DNA from: Alphaproteobacteria bacterium
GTDB taxonomy: Bacteria > Pseudomonadota > Alphaproteobacteria > Bin95
Length of the DNA: 64,000 bases
Direction: 5' to 3'
Assembly (NCBI GenBank): GCA_965205265.1
Contig: CBDBGH010000003.1
Location: 2,240,001 to 2,304,000, forward strand
Both the position numbers and the translations under genes were made by a program. Positions 59,360-64,000 of the stretch are shown here, piece by piece; position 1 is the first letter of the stretch; each line of letters opens with the position of its first letter. The notes beneath the pieces were generated by a model that saw only the letters and a list, made by a program, of their open reading frames with translations, did no database searches and had not been told where the DNA came from.

Positions 59360-59462
59360 CGCCGCCAGCGACACCGCGCTCCCGCCCACCGTCACCGTGA
59401 AGGCCGACGCCGCGGGCACGGCATTCCCGTCCAGGCCCCCGTCGAAGGCCACCGTCAGCGCC
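59360..59462 (-). pseudogene. Fragment of a SwmB-like surface-protein repeat
   Basis: LTVAFDGGLDGNAVPAASAFTVTVGGSAVSL; no start or stop context. Confidence 0.55.
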
Positions 59463-59514
59463 GCCTCGCGCGCGGGGCCCTCCCATGGACTATGGGGACA
59501 AGCGACTGCCGTGC

Positions 59515-59568
59515 CCGTGGTACATTTTTTGCACCGCCGCGCCGGTGCATTTTGCTCCGCCGTTGACA
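59515..59568. mobile_element. Orphan IS21-family terminal repeat
   Basis: Minus strand TGTCAACGGCGGAGCAAAAT...GGCGGTGCAAAA: TG terminus with a repeated subterminal box. Confidence 0.65.
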
Positions 59569-59757
59569 CATCCTATCCTTGCTGAGCATCGAAACGCGCT
59601 AGCACACGGCGATCCATTTGATAAATTGCCCACGCGCGGGATGCTCGAACTGATCAGGGATCTCATGATTCTTGCTTATCGGCACTACATCGCCGAGGCC
59701 GAAAATCCTGTCCCAGCTCTGCCGGGAGACCCCCTGTACCTCCTCGTGAAAAGATAG
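59569..59757 (+). pseudogene. 3' remnant of a HEPN-like gene
   Basis: RNALAHG (R-x4-H) followed by an amphipathic helix; stops 9 bp before the next ATG. Confidence 0.55.
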
Positions 59758-59766
59758 AAACGCTGC

Positions 59767-61698
59767 ATGGAGACTTTCACCCTAGACGCTCGCCAACTTG
59801 CTCGTATCGAATCGGTTCACCGCGGCTTTCTCTATCAGCACCTCTACGCTGCGGCGTGCTTGTTCCACGCCGCGAGCTCGGGCGTCACACACGTCATCGT
59901 CGAGAACGACGAAGACATTGAGCTAGTGCTCCCCGAACGGCGCATCTATGCGCAGATCAAGACGCGCGGATCGCGCCTTAGCTTCAGCGATATTGAAAGC
60001 GCCCTCACGAGGTTCGATCAGATTCGCACAGAGCACGTCGAAGGCCGACGAAACGGCGCCTGCCAATTCGTTGTCGTGTCGAGCGCGGCACCCGGTCCAG
60101 ATCTCGCTGAACGAGCGGTAGGTGCGGACTGGCCGAACGACGTAACTCTCTTGCACCCCGGGTCTGCCTCTGCGGACGCTGCGCTCCCCGAGCCGTGGGA
60201 GACGGTTAGCGAGGCCTTCGAAGCATGCCGGGCGGCGGCGGAGACACTGCCGTTTTCCATCCTGGCGCCCGAAACACTCGTTTGGAAACTCGCGGGGCGA
60301 ATATTCGCGGCGGCAGCGGGTATCGAACCCAACCCAAGCCACACTTTTGCTGCCGAGGATCTTCCAGACCTCTTTGAGCAACTGGTCGTTCAACTGCAGG
60401 ACTTTCCCACGCCGCCGCTGCGATACCGGCCACAGGATAGGGAGCCGGCGCTCGTCAGCCCGCAACGCGTGCGGCTCGTCGTCGGCTTCTCGGGCGCTGG
60501 CAAGACCTCATGGGTTTCCCAAGCCGCTCTGCACGCGACCGACAGACTCGCCTATTACGACGTTGCAGACCTGTCTGGTCCCGCGCTGGCAAGCGCCGTC
60601 GCTCGTGAGCTTGCGGCTCGAATGTTCGGCTCACGCGGCGGCACCCTAGGGGAAATTCTGTTGCCCGGAGCGAACGGAGCCGAAATCCTCGTCGCGATCG
60701 GTCACCACCTTGCGAAAGATGGCCTCACTGCGACCGTGGTCTTGGACAACGCCCACCGCGTTGCCGCCGCCGACATTGCTTCCCTCATTGCCGCGTCCCC
60801 GCAATTGCGCTTCGTCCTGCTCGCTCAACCAAACGCTTCGATTGCCCGCCTCGAAGCCACTCTCGGGATTTCAGCCGAACCTCTTCTCGGTTGGTCGAAC
60901 GAGACCGCCGCGGAGGAAGGGTCATCGCTTGGATGTCGCGGTGGCTATGCGGACTATGAGCGTTTGCTGACGCTCACAGGTGGCTTGCCGCTGTATGTTC
61001 AAAACGCTCTCAAGATTGCCGCCAAGTCTTATGGCGGTAGCGTCGGTCGTCTCTGCGTAGCGCTTGAGGAGCGGACGCACATCGTCGAAACGGCACAGGA
61101 ACTCATCCTCGCGGATGTTTTCGATACCTACACTGACAATGAGCGCCGTACGGTCGCCGCACTCAGCCTGAGTGATGTTCCGCTCTCACAAGCCGAGGCC
61201 AGCACTGTACTGAAGCGGACGTTCGGCTTGGAGGCAGCCGACGCAGCCGCAGCGTATCGCCGTCTTCGATCAAGTGGCTCTATTCAGATCTTCGGCGTCG
61301 ATCGCTTCAAGATTCACGATGCGATCCGTCCGATCGGGTGCGCGTACCTCAACGATTGTGGTGTCGCCACGCTAAAGACGGCGCAGCAGACAATTCGCGA
61401 TCTCATGATGGTCGCGCTGCCGAAAGAGCATGATCGCCAACGGGTATTCCTTCTCCTTCGGATGTTCGTGACTCTCGGCAATGTGAAGCCTTTGGTCGAG
61501 ATGGCTACCGACGAGCTGTTTCATGAACTTGGTTACATGGAAGAGATTTCTGCGTTCCTGTCCCAGGCCGCTGCGTCTGAACACATGCCCGCCGAAGACC
61601 GATTCTGGGCTCTCGACGGACTCGTCTTTGCTCACTTCAAGGCCGGTGACGATACTGACGTCCGAAGCAAGCTCGATCACATTGTTAGCGACGGTTAG
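59767..61698 (+). pseudogene. Cap4-like nuclease plus P-loop (STAND-like) NTPase protein, C-terminally truncated by IS21
   Basis: RGFLYQ...ENDEDI...YAQIK; GFSGAGKT; VVLDN; TGGLPLY; lower GC; frame runs into the IS end at 61683. Confidence 0.75.
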
Positions 61699-61776
61699 GA
61701 AGGGCGTTTATTTGCTGGCGCGGAACGGCCGGTTTGTGCGGCTTGCGAGCAGCGTCGCATGGGTTAGGTGTTGCGT

Positions 61777-62670
61777 TCATCTGATTGGGCGGTCATCGGT
61801 TTCGAGCGGCTCGCCGTCGCGGTCACAGATGAGCATGTCGTTCCAGTCCTGGTTTTCGAGGGCCGGTCGCATTCGGACGATTCTTGTGTCGTTGTCTTGC
61901 ATGCGGCGGGCGGCGTGATCGCCGTATCGTGTAGCGTCCCAGGCACAGAAGATACGGCGCGGGTTCCAGGCCTCGACCCATTTGGGGATTCTGGCCGTGA
62001 TGGCGCCGGTGGAGACGACGGCGCATTTGCTGCGTTTTTCCGGGACGAGGTGGAGGGAGAGGATCGACAGGGCGTCGAGGGCGCTGCCGGTGAGGATGAC
62101 GGTGCCGGGCCAGTCGGGCTCCCATGACATCCAGAAGCCGCCGTCTGCGGCCGGCTCCTGCGCTGCGGGGAGGGTCTCTATGCCGACCACCTTGCTGGCG
62201 GCGTTTCGGCGGAGGAACACGGGATTGCCGCGCCGGTCGGCACGGATCAGGCCGAGGCCTCGGCATAGCTCGACGAGCGCGTCGGCGAGGCCGCGCTGCT
62301 CGATGAGGTATTGCCGCAGCGCCGGCCAGCGAGGGTCCTGGCACGAGGGCTCCGCCTCACAGCGACTGTTCGGGAGCCGTGAGTGGCGCGGCAGTTGGGC
62401 GAGGAAGTCGAGGGCTTCGGTCGTTGGGCATCCGAGCGCATGAACCGCCAGCTGGATGGCCCCGGCGCCTCCCTCTCCGCGCAGATGGTCGTAGAACATG
62501 AAGCGGTTGATGGAGAGGACCGAACCGGCTCGTCTCCAGCGCGCGGCATCGGCGGGATCGCGGCGATAGCCGAGGGCGTGGACCACGTCTTCGAGGGGGC
62601 AGCTTCGCAGCCCCTCGGCCCGCAGGCGGCGATCCCATGGATGCAGATGCTGCACGGCTGGCTCAGGCAT
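61777..62670 (-). CDS. DUF3991/TOPRIM-like protein carried within the IS21
   Basis: [14 protein letters not shown]...[47 protein letters not shown]. Confidence 0.75.
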   Translation of the reverse strand: MPEPAVQHLHPWDRRLRAEGLRSCPLEDVVHALGYRRDPADAARWRRAGSVLSINRFMFYDHLRGEGGAGAIQLAVHALGCPTTEALDFLAQLPRHSRLPNSRCEAEPSCQDPRWPALRQYLIEQRGLADALVELCRGLGLIRADRRGNPVFLRRNAASKVVGIETLPAAQEPAADGGFWMSWEPDWPGTVILTGSALDALSILSLHLVPEKRSKCAVVSTGAITARIPKWVEAWNPRRIFCAWDATRYGDHAARRMQDNDTRIVRMRPALENQDWNDMLICDRDGEPLETDDRPIR

Positions 62671-63448
62671 CCCCCGTGTCTTGCGCCGTGCTCTTGCCCG
62701 CTCCTTTTGCCGATCGCCGCCGGCGGCGATCGGCGCTGCGCTGCTTCTGGCGTTCCTCGGCCTCCTTGCGGCGGTATGAGTCGCCGTCGATGGCGAGGAT
62801 CTCGGCATTGTGGACGAGCCGGTCGACAAGGGCCACGAGGCAGGCGGCGTTGGGGAAGGCCTCGCTCCACTCGGCGAAGGGGCGGTTTGTGGTGATGATG
62901 GTGGAGCGCTGCTGGCTGCGGCTTGAGACGATATTGAACAGCAGGTCGGCATGACGGTTGGAGTAGGAGAGATATCCGACTTCGTCGATGACCAGGAGGT
63001 GCTGGCGGGCGTAGAAGCGCAGCCTGCGCTGGAGCATTGTGTCGGAGTCGATGGCGGCGAGCTCGCCGAGCAGGCTGGCGGCGGTTGCGAAGCGCACGGT
63101 GTGGCCTTCGAGGACGGCGCGGTGTGCGATATTGGCGGCGATTGTGGACTTGCCGACGCCGTTGGGGCCGATGAGGACGACATTGGCGCCCTCGCGGAGG
63201 AAGTTGAGGGTCATGAGGTCCTCGACGGCCATGCGGTCGCATCGCCTTGGCCAGTCCCAGTCGAAGTCGGCGAGCGGCTTGAACTGTCCGAGGCGGGCGG
63301 CGGTGAGGCGTCGCCTGAGGCTTCGGCTTCGCCTCTCTTCCTCTTCCCATGCGATCAGGGGCGGGAGCCAGTCGCGCTCCGCAACCTCGCTCCAGTGGGC
63401 GAGGAGGCCGTGCAGTCCGAGCGCCGTGGCGCGGTCCTTGAGGGTCAT
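62663..63448 (-). CDS. istB: IS21 helper AAA+ ATPase
   Basis: [40 protein letters not shown]. Confidence 0.95.
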   Translation of the reverse strand: MTLKDRATALGLHGLLAHWSEVAERDWLPPLIAWEEEERRSRSLRRRLTAARLGQFKPLADFDWDWPRRCDRMAVEDLMTLNFLREGANVVLIGPNGVGKSTIAANIAHRAVLEGHTVRFATAASLLGELAAIDSDTMLQRRLRFYARQHLLVIDEVGYLSYSNRHADLLFNIVSSRSQQRSTIITTNRPFAEWSEAFPNAACLVALVDRLVHNAEILAIDGDSYRRKEAEERQKQRSADRRRRRSAKGAGKSTAQDTGDA

Positions 63449-64000
63449 TCTTCGCTGTCCTCCTCGTGGTGGCTTGCGAGCCCGTCGTATCCGCCGAGGT
63501 CGTGATCGCGGACCGCGATATCGCGCAGTCTTGGATCGCCGGGCAGGTCGATGGGGATGGGTGGTGGCTCGTTGCGCTGTTCGCGCCGCCGGTTCAGGCT
63601 GAAGCGCACCGCATTGGGATGGGGGACGCCGCGCTCAAGGGCTTCATCGATGGCGGCTTCGAGTTCGACGGCTCCGTAGTCGTCGAGCAGGCGCAGCAGG
63701 GAGGCGACGGTTGTGCCGATATTGCCGCCGCGCCTGGCGGTCTCGGCAAGCAGGCGCTCGCTGTCGGGGGCGGCCTGGAGAAGGCGGCTCTGCCCGCGCA
63801 GGCGGTGGGCGTGACGTTTGAGCCTGACCAGCTCCTCGATGTGCTCGGGGGTCTCGATGCGGGCCGCCTTGTCGAAGCTGCGCGGATGACGGGCGACGGT
63901 GTCGGCGCCGTCGAGGATGCGTACCTCCTCCAGTGTCGCGACCACGGTGAGGGTGCGCCGCGTATGGGTATGCGGGACGCTATAGTCATTGAGGTCGAAC
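63445..64000 (-). CDS. istA: IS21 transposase, C-terminal part
   Basis: FDLNDYSVP...VARHPRS beta-barrel, helical tail; overlaps the istB start. Confidence 0.9.
   Translation of the reverse strand, partial: FDLNDYSVPHTHTRRTLTVVATLEEVRILDGADTVARHPRSFDKAARIETPEHIEELVRLKRHAHRLRGQSRLLQAAPDSERLLAETARRGGNIGTTVASLLRLLDDYGAVELEAAIDEALERGVPHPNAVRFSLNRRREQRNEPPPIPIDLPGDPRLRDIAVRDHDLGGYDGLASHHEEDSEE

Larger units (their letters stand above)
61683..64000 (-). mobile_element. IS21-family element with a third gene (left part outside window)
   Basis: istA-istB-orf3 with overlapping start/stop codons; candidate terminus TGTTAGCG at 61683, where the host gene breaks. Confidence 0.8.

Noticed and set aside
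61777-63183. 468-aa version of the IS21 third ORF
   Set aside because: The first 170 or so codons overlap istB out of frame and are Ser/Pro-rich; the ATG at 62670 with RBS and stop overlap is the plausible start. A frameshift fusion to IstB cannot be excluded, but no slippery site was seen.

Overview
High-GC chromosomal window from an alphaproteobacterium, probably Rhodospirillales-like. This assignment is inferred from the prfB-mrcA/rne layout, the hisB-DUF2628-hisH-GNAT-hisA-hisF-hisE-HIT operon and a GAAC-N7-GAAC LexA-type box. Housekeeping genes (hemB, panC, RlmI-like methyltransferase, tRNA-Phe, prfB with its +1 frameshift, PBP1A, RNase E, his operon) are interleaved with catabolic and transport genes (TRAP, TTT, CoA ligase and transferase, TauD, sulfatase, LLM oxidoreductase), five type II toxin-antitoxin pairs, REP/MITE-like repeats and several IS elements. 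The IS elements are three apparently identical IS1634-family copies plus ISKra4, IS4 and IS21. A decaying tyrosine-integrase island starts at about 57.5 kb. Most notable observations: (1) an IS21 element carrying a translationally coupled third gene for a DUF3991/TOPRIM-like protein with degenerate catalytic residues; (2) IS1634 copies with 51-53 bp and 107-109 bp target duplications in which every readable junction falls on a G/C, and whose ends contain IHF-type sites and a 12-bp internal box; (3) an acetylene-hydratase-like Mo/W enzyme retaining the catalytic Asp; (4) an ORF-less region of about 700 bp downstream of a strong promoter, with helically phased repeats; (5) a HEPN remnant next to a Cap4-nuclease/STAND-NTPase defence-like gene, each cut by an IS21 end. 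All family assignments come from motif recognition by eye; no database searches were run.
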